A stretch of 63,069 bases of DNA, counting the filler, from Octopus bimaculoides (taxonomy: Eukaryota): NCBI RefSeq assembly GCF_001194135.2. It is 9 parts of 9 records of this genome, joined end to end, with 100 filler letters (N's around TTAATTAATTAA, not from the genome) between each part and the next. Parts side by side here need not be neighbours in the genome. Positions count along the whole stretch, not along the records: positions 17,967 to 30,447 come from NC_068996.1; positions 30,548 to 37,789 come from NC_069010.1; 7 more parts are not named here. One strand, 5' to 3'. The translations under genes and the position numbers were made by a program. The notes beneath the pieces are model-generated. The model was not told the DNA's origin, searched no databases, and was given only the letters and a program-made list of their open reading frames with translations. Positions 23,327-35,700 of the stretch are shown piece after piece. Position 1 is the first letter of the stretch. The number at the start of each line of letters is the position of its first letter.

Positions 23327-25520
23327 GGCATGTACCACAATTGGGTCGTCTGCATTTTTTAACTGTTGGTGTTGTATGTATTGAGTATAGTTTTGCATTT
23401 GTAAGGAGTCTCTTGAGTGATTTGTCTTGTTTTTTACATTTTAGTAATTTGTGTTTATTTAGGATGCTGTTCATTTTCGGGTCTTGAGTGAGTATAGGGA
23501 GATTTTGTATAATTGTGTTGTATACTTCGTTGTTTCTAGGGTTGTGGGTTGATATGTATGGGAGTGTTTTGAGGTGAGGTCTGGTGTTTTGTTTTGTTGT
23601 TCTTAGTGTGTTTGTGTCCAATTTCTTGGCACGTTCAATTCCATGTTCTATAAGTGTAGCTGGGTACTGACGTTCAATGAGTGTTATTTTGAGTTCTTGC
23701 AATCGAAGTTCCCGAGTGGTTGTGTCAGAAACAATCGTACAAATCCTTTTTGCTAGATTGAATGGAATGTTTATTTTGGTGTGTTTAGGATGGCATGAAC
23801 TGAAAAAGAGATACTGCTTAGAGTCTGTTGGCTTGTAGTATATGTCAGTTGCGATGTGGTTGTTGGACTTTTTTTAAATCAAGATGTCCAGAAAAGGGAG
23901 CTGTTCCTTGCTATATTCCATGGTAAACCAGATGTTGGGATTAATACTGTTCAGTGTGGATTTGAAAACCAGCAGATTATCATAGGCTTCATTCCAGATG
24001 ATAAAACAATTGTCTAAATATCTTTTCCAGTTTTCTCTTATATAGTGGTGGAATGGTGGTCCAAATTTTTGGAGTGAGAGTTCATACAAGGTAGATTCAA
24101 AGTAACCCACTATTAGGTTTGCCAGAACAGGCGCAGCTTTAGTACCCGTCGCAATACCGCATTTTTGGCGGTAGTATGTTGTATCGAATATGAAATAATT
24201 GTTTTGAAGGATGAACTTCAGGGATTCAATGATAAATGTCTGGTTTATGCGGTCCGGTAGAGCTTCGGGGTGTTTTTCCAACCAGAATTTTATTGCCTCT
24301 ATTCCATAGTCGTGTGGAATGTTAGTGTAGAGGTTGATGACATTGAAGGAGACGAATAGAGCTTCTTCGTTGGTGGTTTTTGGTAGGTGCTCTAGCATGT
24401 CCAAATCGTCTCTAATGAAACTTTTGATGTATTTGAGATAAGGCTTCAGTAATATGTCGAGAAAGTTGCTAAGGCGGTGTTTCACAGGCTGGACCAGCAA
24501 TAATAGGCCTTAATTTTAAGTCTTCTGGTGTTGGAATATTTATGCACGGGCCTGGATTCGATTTGTAGGCATTAGTGATTGCTTGACTCTTGTGAATTTT
24601 GGGGAGGCCATAGAAAAGGCTGGGTTTGCATTTGAAGTTGGTAATGTAGTCTTTTTCTTTTTCTGTTAGGCCTTTTCCGTGCTTGAGTATCAGAGTTTCA
24701 AGATTTTTAAAAGTTTTTTGCTGCCTGTAATTTGCAACTTTTTCATAGGAGTCATTTTCTAGTATGGACAGTGCTAGCTTTTTGTAGTACTCTGTGTCCA
24801 TCAATACTACAGCACTCCCTTTGTCTGCTTCTTTGATTTTCAGGTCTTAGTCATTTTTTTTAGTTGTAGTAGTTGCTTCCATTGTGTGTTGTTGAAGTTG
24901 GGTACAATTTTTGATTTGTAGAAAGTGTGAGGAAAATTTTGGATACGGTTGCAGAAGTCATCTAGTGTTTTATTCCTTCCTGTGGGTGGTAGATAATTAC
25001 TTTTGTTTCTCACTAGTGATTCGTCNNNNNNNNNNTTTCAAGATTTTTAAAAGTTTTTTGCTGCCTGTAATTTGCAACTTTTTCATAGGAGTCATTTTCT
25101 AGTATGGACAGTGCTAGCTTTTTGTAGTACTCTGTGTCCATCAATACTACAGCACTCCCTTTGTCTGCTTCTTTGATTTTCAGGTCTTAGTCATTTTTTT
25201 TAGTTGTAGTAGTTGCTTCCATTGTGTGTTGTTGAAGTTGGGTACAATTTTTGATTTGTAGAAAGTGTGAGGAAAATTTTGGATACGGTTGCAGAAGTCA
25301 TCTAGTGTTTTATTCCTTCCTGTGGGTGGTAGATAATTACTTTTGTTTCTCACTAGTGATTCGTCTTCATTGTTGTAGTTGTTAAGTGCTCCTGTCAAAC
25401 AAAGTTTTCTACAGAATTCTGCAATATTATCTTTAATTTCATACATTTACTTTCGAATTCTTTTATAAGAAATTCGTATAGGTATGAAAGCTCGTATTGA
25501 TATAATCAGTATATGACTTA
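23327..25520 (-). mobile_element. Penelope-like element (RT), frameshifted and truncated before the GIY-YIG endonuclease
   Basis: FYGLPKIHK..LRPIIAGP, SFNVINLYTNIP, GIATGTKAAPVLANL, WKRYLDNCF, LPFLDILI, TDIYYKPTDSKQYL, CHPKHTKINIP, LPYISTHNP, CRRPNCGTC. 24697-25025 is duplicated at 25036-25363 across a 10-N gap. Confidence 0.92.
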
Positions 25521-26264
25521 ACTTATTAAACAAAGTTCAACAAACTCATTTATATTTATGTAATGAAGAAGATTGGATGTTAAAATGGATTATAGTCTTT
25601 ATTTTTCATGCTGCTATACAATTGTTACATACAAATGAACCCAGATATTCATAAATAGAACATCGTAACAGTCATATTTTTACTCCTCAGTAGGTAAGAT
25701 ATTTAAAGGAAAAGCCAAAAAAAAAGACGTTTAAAGTACATAGGTTTTTTCTTAGTTATCATTTTATGGGATTTACATATATTCGTTCTTCCAGTAACGC
25801 TTATTTGAATCTACACAAAAAATATCGGAAGTGGGTGCTAATATATGTACTATTTAATTTGATTTCCTCTCAATGAGATCCAATACATATCTCTATATAA
25901 GCGTCCTTAAAAAAATTTTACTGGTCAAGCTGTATTTGTATGTACGTTCGAAATTACCAAATAAGAGGTATATGTTATTTCAAATTCATGTTTAATTTTT
26001 ACTTAACCTCCAACTCTCCTTTCGACTTAAGAGTTTTAAAAGATTGGTAGTTGGTACTAGTATTTGGGAATAATTGATGGCTTATAAAATTTTTCATTTT
26101 AGTATTTTTTATAAATAATAGGTCAAATATTCATAGACAAAAATAGGTTTTATATGTCGTAATTAATTATCTACCCACAGCTTGATATATTTTTAATAAC
26201 TTTTCAAAATATATGAGTGAAGATGTATAAAAGGGAATTACTTGCGTGATAATCTTATATATAA

Positions 26265-26827
26265 CTAGCAGCTAAGCCCGGTTTCACCCTGTCGGTTTGG
26301 ATGATGTGACTGTAAAACCTGCTCTGTGTAAGCATTCGACTTGTTTGGGCACGCTTACGTTAAAAAACAATTTTAGAATAACTTTTTTCTGTCAAAATGC
26401 TAGAAATAACTGACCAACAAAAAACAACCAAGATTCAACCAAATAAAAAAAAACCCAAATTCTAAACGGACAAAGATGAACCATCCGACTTCCATTGCGC
26501 GCGCGCTTCACATACACACACATATATTCACACGTTGTTTGATTTATTTTTTCAGCATACAATTTTCATCATCCCACTAACAAGTATGACATCATCCCTT
26601 CCTTCCTTATTCATCTATCACCCTTTCCTTTCTCATTCATAAACACAAGAGTATTATTATAGTAGATTATCTCAGTAACCATGGGAGCTATGAAAAAATA
26701 CAAAGCCAAGCATCACCACCGGATCATTCTACACATCTGTGTAATTTTTCGCGCAATTCCACCCAGCCGTTTGACCGTGAATCCTAAGACAAGAAAGAAT
26801 CGCCCATATCAAATTTATATGTATAGA
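26265..26827 (-). mobile_element. Non-autonomous Helitron (5' TC, 3' CTAG, inserted between A and T)
   Basis: Minus strand begins A|TCTATACATATAAA at 26827 and ends acagggtgaaaccgggcttagctgCTAG|T at 26265 with a degenerate GC-rich subterminal hairpin. A second 5' end (A|TCTACTATAATAAT) lies at 26666. Confidence 0.75.
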
Positions 26828-27156
26828 TAATAGATGTATAGTCAGATATTGAGCTATTTAGTATATAAGAAAAGTTTTTTGTAGATGTATGTCGAAATAA
26901 TTGTTTTTATTATCATAGTTGTGTATATTTTCAGTTTTTGGTAGGCCTTGACAGATACATTTATGTCATATCAATGAGGAGGTATGAGTGTTTTCCGTAC
27001 ACCTAGGGCAGAGAAACTCGTTGTATGCATTCCAGTTTACAGGTAAAACATGCAATTAAGAAAAAAAAATTTCATGAATGGATGTTGTTTTCACAGCGAT
27101 AATGCTCTTCTCAGTACATGAGTCGTTCCAGACCACAAAAATCGGATCACTGATCT

Positions 27157-27236
27157 CTGTTATTCCTTGGGCCACACTGTTATTCCTTGGGCCACACTGT
27201 TATTCCTTGGGCCACACTGTTATTCCTTGAGGCACA
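27157..27236 (+). repeat. 20-bp minisatellite x4 (ctgttattccttgggccaca)
   Basis: Three perfect units plus one variant unit. Confidence 0.95.
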
Positions 27237-27559
27237 CAATAAAGAAAATTGGAGTGATCAAAGTCAAATCCCAGTTACGTAACCACAAAAGTACCTTCTG
27301 CTAACACGTGAGCACTGAAGGCATTGCGGCCAGCCTAAAGAATGCTTTGGCAAAAGTGCGGTACATTTTTACGTACCCTTTTGTACACACACGCACGCAC
27401 ACATTCACTCATACACGAACACACGAACACACACACATACGTAAGAATGTACGTATCTTTGCATTCAAGTATGGATGTATGTATATATGTATATATGTAT
27501 GAATGCATGTATATTTTTCTTCGAGTTTTATTTAAGTTTTTCTTAAGAGATTTGAAGCT

Positions 27560-28420
27560 AACAAAGCGACAAGACTTTTTGAGTTAAGAGACTCCCTGGT
27601 GCTTGTAACTATGTGTTTGAGTTGATGTGTTGACTGAACTGTCGACGCATATACCCAAGTGCGTGTATCTATTCACATAAGAATCTCAGATTGAAAATTT
27701 TCGGATGGTCTAACAAATCTCCACTGTGCCACTAATAGATTGGATTTGGAGAATCAGCGTCTGTTTCTTTTGTTCTTTTTCTAGGAAACCGAGTATTTCC
27801 AGGTTTTTGTGCAAATTTGTTGGTACATAACCTAATGCTCCTACGATGATAGGTACATATGAGAATTCATAGTCATGGTACAAAAGCTGTAAGTTGCGTA
27901 CAAATTCACCTTAAATATTCTCTTTTCCCTGGACTTTTGATTGTACATTCACATCCGCTGGGCAGCTGTCCTCCACTACAGTGCATGACTTTTGTTCCTT
28001 TTCCCACAGAACACTAACAGGTCTGTTACGTTTGTACCGAACTGATGTCTTTATTGTGGTGTTCTACCAGCATTCCTTGTTTTTAAAGGTGTGAATACCA
28101 ACTGGTTCTGACATACCTTTGATATATACGTCAGGGCAGTCCTTCCTGTGGATAACATTGTAAATAATCTTTAAAACTATATCATGCCTCAGGGGCAGGT
28201 AATATCTCGTTGACATTTTGTAGGAGCTGCTGATGGTGTGGGTGATATCTTTTATCAAAACGTGGAGGTTTGATGGTATCTTTGTCTCTCTTGCTTATCA
28301 GGTATTCATTAGCTGTCTCTTGTTCCTGGATAGTAACGGCATATTCTTCTAGAGAGATGTAATGTACCTATCACCAGTCCAGGATAGACTACTCTTTTTG
28401 CCAATGCTGTTGTTTCCCTC
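27560..28420 (-). pseudogene. RLE-type (R4-like) LINE 3' fragment including the restriction-like endonuclease region
   Basis: EEYAVTIQEQETANEYLISKRD..DITHTISSSYKMSTRYYLPLRHDIVLK..RNRP..YVPIIVGALGYVP.NL.KNLEILGF..LQIQSISGTVEIC; RHD motif present, multiple stops. Confidence 0.85.
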
Positions 28421-28482
28421 TAACTTACGGGATATTTGTGTTTTTGTGATTACATGTATGCTGTAGTCTGTGATTTTTTGTC

Positions 28483-29095
28483 ATGGACAGGAAGAGGAAA
28501 CAAAGAACCAACATGAAATTTCGCGTTAAACTTGGAAAGCCTGCTACAGAGACATTGAGTATGCTTCGGCAAGCTTACAGCAATGAAGCAATGGACTGTA
28601 CACAATGTTTCGAGTGACACAGGTGCATGACAGAGCCGCAGCTCAAGCAAAAGCATACACATCAAGTTTTTTCGACATCCATGGTATTGTGCATCACGAA
28701 TTTGTCCCACAGGACCATACTATCAATCAAGACTTCCACTACGACATTTTGAAACATTTGAAAGAAAACATTTGGCGAAAACAAACAGATCTGTGGAGCG
28801 CGAAGAATTGGATTCTTTATGACAACAATGCACCCAGTCACCATGCTCCCGTCACTTGTGAGTTCTCACCACAAACCTACCCTATTCGCCAGATTTAGCA
28901 TCTAGACTTCCATCTCTTCTCCAAAATGAAAATGCATCTCAATGGTTGTCGTTTTAACACCCCTATCAAGATCAAGAGTGAATTTCAGAAGGTTCTCAAC
29001 TCACGGAAAACGACTTCCAGGCTAGAATCCAAAAGAGGCAGGAATGCTGGGACCGGAGAATTGCTGTGCAAGCTGACTATTTTTAAGGAGATTTA
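28483..29095 (+). pseudogene. Mariner (Tc1/mariner) transposase remnant with internal deletion
   Basis: MDRKRKQRTNMKFRVKLGKPATETLSMLRQAY..CFE, then FFDIHGIVHHEFVPQ..TINQ..WILYDNNAPSH and YSPDLA; the region holding the first catalytic Asp (TGDE) is missing; TIRs not resolved. Confidence 0.9.
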
Positions 29096-29149
29096 TGTTA
29101 AAACTTATGTAAACAGTTAATTTTTCTTATTAAACATAACTAATCCGGG

Positions 29150-29457
29150 AGCTAGGGCCTGACAGAGGCAATGACCAAGACATTTGGCATTATGTCGTGC
29201 TTGAGAAGAAGCCCCATCAAGCCGAGCAAAATCACAGTCGTGGCAGATACCGGTGTCACGCAAATGGTAACCGTGCCGGTGGCACTTAAAATCACCCATT
29301 ACACTCTTGGTGTGGTTGGCGTTAGGAAAGGCATCCAGCCGTAGAAAACCATGCCAAATCAAACTGGAGCCTGGTTACAGCCTTCCAGTCCAGTCAAACT
29401 GTCCAACCCATTACAGCATGGACAACGGACATTAAATTATGATGGTGATGATGATGG

Positions 29458-29524
<67 letters not shown>
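29150..29524 (+). mobile_element. RTE-family 3' tail with long (GAT)n end
   Basis: Same tail as 13050-13317 (acactcttggtgtggttggcgttaggaaaggcatccagccgtagaaa...acggacattaaa). Confidence 0.85.
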
Positions 29525-29525
<1 letters not shown>

Positions 29526-30009
29526 TATCCATGGGTTTCATTTTTGCTGGTATGATGCCTGCATCTCTTCCAAGATTCTGTTTATGTAGGCCAGTCCAGC
29601 CTCTTTTGTGTCGCGTGAGACAGTTGTGTTCTCAGTGTACTTGCACAGTAGTTATTTTCCAGCTTTGAAGATGTTGTTCCTTTCCCTTTGAGTATGCATG
29701 GAATGTACTCATTTCTTTCTTTACTGTTCAGCAGGTGTATGAGTGATACAATGCAACATATCAAAGGCTGTTTGGACTCACCTTATGCCTCTACCGCCAT
29801 CACTTTATCTCATATAAATCCTATTGATGTCACTGTTAATATGGAAACTGCCATTCTGCGTATCTCATCGAATTTTCAGTCCAACGTCCCAAATGTTGGT
29901 ACAAGTACAAGTAATGGCCTTGTTAACTCCAGACAGCTCTCAGTACATTATTTTCCGACAGCTTCCAACTACCAAATTGATTCATAAGGCATTGATCTGT
30001 GCGGAGTTA

Positions 30010-30200
30010 TCTTTTATTTGTTTCAGTGATTAGACTGCGGCCATGCTGGGGTACCACCTTAAAGAATTATTTTGCCGAATGAATTGACCCCAGGACTTAC
30101 CTTACTTTTTTAAGCTGATACTTATTCTATCGGTCTCTTCTGCCGAATCGTTAAGTTACGGGGACGTAAACAGACCAACACCGGTTGTCGAGCAGTGGTG
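30010..30200 (-). mobile_element. SINE family A, 3' half
   Basis: ttttatttgtttcagtgattagactgcggccatgctgg...gttaagttacggggacgtaaacagaccaacaccggttgtc. Confidence 0.85.
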
Positions 30201-30822
30201 GAGGACAAACATAGATACAAATACACTTACACTTACTTTTTTCCACTTTTTATCTCACCACTACCTACACGCACACATACCCACACACCTTACATATATA
30301 CCGCCCACATACATATACCGCCCACATACATGACAAACATACATACGCGCCCTCACACACACATAGCCGAACGCACATATATACACACACACACCCATAT
30401 ATACGCGCACGCCTACATACACAGCCGCATACACATGCACACACATANNNNNNNNNNNNNNNNNNNNNNNNNNNNNNNNNNNNNNNNNNNNTTAATTAAT
30501 TAANNNNNNNNNNNNNNNNNNNNNNNNNNNNNNNNNNNNNNNNNNNNACATTCCTCCATGGCAAGATTTAATTTGTGTATACAAATTTAATTTGCGGTCC
30601 ATGGGAAGAGCCGTTTTAACGATGCGTCCTGCCCAGCTCTTCGAAACGCCGGTGTTAAAACGTGGGTAGCTGATGAAGTAGAATGTTCTCTATGTGGCTT
30701 GTGTGTTTTCTCGTCTACGTTTTGTTTGCAATGTCCTGTACCCAGATATGCACCTATACATACAGGTGGATGTCGGTACGCACATACCTGTACGTATATA
30801 TGCATATACTCATTTACTATTT

Positions 30823-30859
<37 letters not shown>

Positions 30860-31229
30860 AACTAAAAATACACACACACACACATTAATACACTTACGGC
30901 ACCCACACACTCATCAGAAAACAGAATTATATATTTGCTTATTTGTATTTTGAAGATGAGTAAATGCATCCACGTCACGCAATGTTTTGTACGCATAATC
31001 GATCAGTCAAGTAATGGATTTATCAATAAATTAGTGGAATAATCATCTCACATCGGCTCTCAAGACAACTTGTGTTGAACTCTCTGAGTAATGTTCCAGC
31101 CTATCAACTGGTAAATAACTTTGGATATGCAGTTTGTGGATATCACGTGATATATCTAACTCTTCAAAAGACATTCTGTTCATTACATGGAGTGCTAACT
31201 GAGGTGCTCACAAGTATTTCTTCAACACC

Positions 31230-31263
<34 letters not shown>

Positions 31264-31289
31264 ATTATTACTAGAGCACCCGTTAAACA

Positions 31290-31620
31290 TGAAATGGTTC
31301 TGTTTCCATGGGTATTTCCCTTCTCTTCTTTCCTGTGATAATTTCTCTCGGGCTGCGTGGTGTTGTTGAGTATTTTGATGTAAAATTTCTCTTCTTCTTC
31401 CCTGTAATATATGTTCGCTTTCTACTCTATGTTGTTGAGAGTCCTGAAGTAAAATTTCGGAGTGACGTGCTTGGCTCAAGTTATCCTGCGCTTCTCTCCG
31501 TCGTGCAGCATTTATGTTTCTTACAGCTTCTCGTCGGTCACTACTCGATCTTCTTCGTCTCTCCTGTTGACGAAATCTGGCTGCTTCTCTTCTCTGGCTA
31601 GCAATATCAATACTCATAAT
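31290..31620 (-). pseudogene. R/E/Q-rich repetitive ORF fragment resembling N-termini of Helitron-type transposon proteins
   Basis: MSIDIASQRREAARFRQQERRRRSSSDRREAVRNINAARRREAQDNLSQARHSEILLQDSQQH..., with repeated R(R)EIL.Q..QQH units; truncated at an (ATT)n tract. Family assignment is by resemblance only. Confidence 0.4.
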
Positions 31621-32736
31621 GGGGGTCTTCATAATTACAAAAAATTAAGAAAATGTGTGTTTAAGCAGTGACATCAAATTTATCAAAAATACAAAAAAAC
31701 GCGTAGCACATTTACGGCGTTTTCACTGCATATAATTATTTTGAAACACCTCTGTATATTCTGCTTCGTATCCGTCATTATAGTATGGATTTTAATGAGC
31801 AAATATTTATTAAAACATACAGGTAATAATAAATTTAAATAGAATTATCTTTCACACGTCCTTCAATTTTCAAACTTTGATATCCATGAACCTTTAAAGC
31901 TTTCATATCTGTGAACCTCAAAAATTTTTATTTACCCATCAACCTATTACAGAAAATTAAACCTCCTTGTACTCCTACCTACATGGTGTTTTAAATAGTT
32001 ATTTTATTTTCTCTCGTCTTCCTTCTAATCGTACTAATGGCGTAAGCCTGCTGTCTTATTAAAATCCAACCATATTGCCTGAGATACACTTAACACAGGA
32101 GGGATCATTTGAAGGAGTTTTGGTTGCTATTTTATCCCAAGTCGAGCGACTGCATAGATGTTTTGTTGGAATATCAATTGCTGAATGAGAAACAGATAAG
32201 AGAAAAGAGTCCCCAATGTCGCCCACAGAATACTGAAATCTGAGTCTATGTATCTATGTAGCAACTTTTTTTCAGCTATATATCTACTGACTCTTACTTT
32301 CTCTCTTTCTCTCTCACTTCCTTTGCGTCCCGTCTCTCTCTCCCGCTTTTAATTTAACAATCTGTATATGTATCTATGTATCTACTTTTTTTTATTATCT
32401 ATGTATCTATTTCTTTCTCTCTTAATACTGAAGAAAAGTGTGACGGACAGACGGACGGACGCGGCTCATATCATAATATAGATGATTATTATTATTATCG
32501 TTGTTGTTGCTGTTGTTATTATTATTATTATAATTCTTGTTGAAACATTTATGGTGTCGGTAATTTGCATAAATTAAACAAAGTGAGGCAAGGTAAATAA
32601 TCTAGTGCGGTCAGTGGCTTGAATCTGAACAACATAGACGTATACATAAATTATATGCATATCTAGGTTTGATAATGCAAACAGCACAGGAACTCAAAAC
32701 GCAAATATACTTTCCTATTAATAATCAGCAGTTTGG

Positions 32737-32748
32737 TGCGTTGGCGCT

Positions 32749-32780
<32 letters not shown>

Positions 32781-35700
32781 CTGATGAATTTCTGTTGATT
32801 TACCGCGAAGCCCTAGATACTGTTGTGGTGGAATCCGAACACCCCCGTGAATGGATAAATGCACGGTTCTGAAATATATAAATACGCATGCATGCTGGAG
32901 ATAAGAGAACAGTCGTATGCCCGGAGTCAGTAGTAGAGTTTTTATGTGAGTTGCAAAGTTGAGTGTCAGTCATTGGTGTTAATTGTTGATATTGTTCGTG
33001 TTTTTTTTGTGTCTTCCCGTTGTGGAAAATGGAGAAAGCACCGGTAGGTGGCCAAAGTTATGCGGCCGCGACTGGAAAAGGAACAGAGGAAGGAAAGCTG
33101 GAAATAATCGAAATTAAGGTTGATCCGAAGAAGATGAAGGAATGTGAGAAGTTGCTGGCNNNNNNNNNNNNNNNNNNNNNNNNNNNNNNNNNNNNNNNNN
33201 NNNNNNNNNNNNNNNNNNNNNNNNNNNNNNNNNNNNNNNNNNNNNNNNNNNNNNNNNNNNNNNNNNNNNNNNNNNNNNNNNNNNNNNNNNNNNNNNNNNN
33301 NNNNNNNNNNNNNNNNNNNNNNNNNNNNNNNNNNNNNNNNNNNNNNNNNNNNNNNNNNNNNNNNNNNNNNNNNNNNNNNNNNNNNNNNNNNNNNNNNNNN
33401 NNNNNNNNNNNNNNNNNNNNNNNNNNNNNNNNNNNNNNNNNNNNNNNNNNNNNNNNNNNNNNNNNNNNNNNNNNNNNNNNNNNNNNNNNNNNNNNNNNNN
33501 NNNNNNNNNNNNNNNNNNNNNNNNNNNNNNNNNNNNNNNNNNNNNNNNNNNNNNNNNNNNNNNNNNNNNNNNNNNNNNNNNNNNNNNNNNNNNNNNNNNN
33601 NNNNNNNNNNNNNNNNNNNNNNNNNNNNNNNNNNNNNNNNNNNNNNNNNNNNNNNNNNNNNNNNNNNNNNNNNNNNNNNNNNNNNNNNNNNNNNNNNNNN
33701 NNNNNNNNNNNNNNNNNNNNNNNNNNNNNNNNNNNNNNNNNNNNNNNNNNNNNNNNNNNNNNNNNNNNNNNNNNNNNNNNNNNNNNNNNNNNNNNNNNNN
33801 NNNNNNNNNNNNNNNNNNNNNNNNNNNNNNNNNNNNNNNNNNNNNNNNNNNNNNNNNNNNNNNNNNNNNNNNNNNNNNNNNNNNNNNNNNNNNNNNNNNN
33901 NNNNNNNNNNNNNNNNNNNNNNNNNNNNNNNNNNNNNNNNNNNNNNNNNNNNNNNNNNNNNNNNNNNNNNNNNNNNNNNNNNNNNNNNNNNNNNNNNNNN
34001 NNNNNNNNNNNNNNNNNNNNNNNNNNNNNNNNNNNNNNNNNNNNNNNNNNNNNNNNNNNNNNNNNNNNNNNNNNNNNNNNNNNNNNNNNNNNNNNNNNNN
34101 NNNNNNNNNNNNNNNNNNNNNNNNNNNNNNNNNNNAAAAAGAGAGAAAAGACAGATAATTAAGAATTACACAGAAAAAGTGAACGATGGTAAATTGTTTA
34201 TATAAACGATTCAAATGGTACTACATGGTTATGGGGCCCATGCAGCCATTTCATTTCTTCATTATATAACATCTCATTGTCATTCGGTTTATGTTTTGTG
34301 TCCCCATTGTGGTGTTGTGTCTGTCCTTGTCGTGTCCCCATCTGTGTTGTGGCCATAGTGCCAAATAAAGAAAAACAGTCGTATGCCCGGCCATATTTTA
34401 TATAGAGAGTCGTAGACGCCAGTAAGAAGCGATATCGTTGGATTATATGTGTTCGTGATTTGAACAGTTGGTGAGTGAATATACAATAAGTCCGCAACTA
34501 CATTAAGCGCCATAACAGTGGAGACAATGATTCGAACTACGCGCAGTGGAAAATATTTTGAAAAATCTTGTCACTTTTTAAAAGTGGTGACAAGGATTCT
34601 AATTTCACGCACTGCACAAAAGTGGAAGAGAGGTTTCGAATTTCGCACCGTGAAAAATAATATAAAACTGCCCACTTCATAATAGTGAGACATTCAAAGT
34701 TCTTAGCATGGAAGAACTGTTAGCCTCCTTGCTTACTGCAACAACAGTTGGAACAGCAACTTCTACAGCAGCAACAAGAACAAAGGAAACAGCAACAACA
34801 ATAACAAACTCAGCAGGCAGTTGTTAGAATTATTGCTACTGTCGACGAACACGTCCGGTTTGTTTCGGCGGATGGAGTAGCTAATTCGATTGTGGAATTT
34901 GTTTATAACCCTGAAAAAGGGACTGCGTTTTCGGCATACTTTAGAAGGCATGAGGAAATATTTAAGGAAAAATGTAAAAGTTGGACAGACGAAAAGAAGG
35001 TAAGGCTTCTTTTACGAAAACCAGCACCGGCAGAACAAGAAGAATATTGCAATTTCATATTGCTAAGGAAACCGCCAGAAATTTGTTTCGAGGAAACAAC
35101 TAAACTATTAGCGAAAGATATTCAGCGAAAGGGGTTCATTATTTAACATTCGCTGAGAATGCCTGAATTTGAAAAAGAATGAAACGGATGACATTGTTAC
35201 GTACGCAGGTATCGTATACAAAGAATGTGAAAAATTCAAGCTAAGCGAGTTGACTCCAGACATGTTCAAATGTGAAAGGATTAACTGCAAGGAAAGATGG
35301 GGAAATACGAGCTCGAATATTCGCAAAATTAGAGCAAAATAGTAAATTAATTTTACAAACAGTGGCGGATGAATACCAAAGGATAATTAATCTACGACAT
35401 GACACAAGAAATAATGAAAGGAACGATGTAAATATACAGGCATGTCGACATATAACAAACAAGGAGAAAATAAAACAACCATGACCCAAACCGTGCTATG
35501 TGTGTGTTGTGTGGTGAAATACATTTTAAAGGGGCATACGTGGAAACACAAGAGACATCTGAACCAAATGAGAAAAGTTTTACAGAAGAAAAAATAAAGC
35601 AGGAAGAGCCGATGAAAATTCTATATGACATGTTTGGTGTTCCGATATTGCAAGAAACGGTTGAACCAACGTGTACATCAACTAGGAAGAGAAAGAGGAC

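Noticed and set aside
27157-27236. Short direct repeats suggestive of a CRISPR array
   Set aside because: Head-to-tail 20-bp units with no spacers, no cas genes, eukaryotic context.
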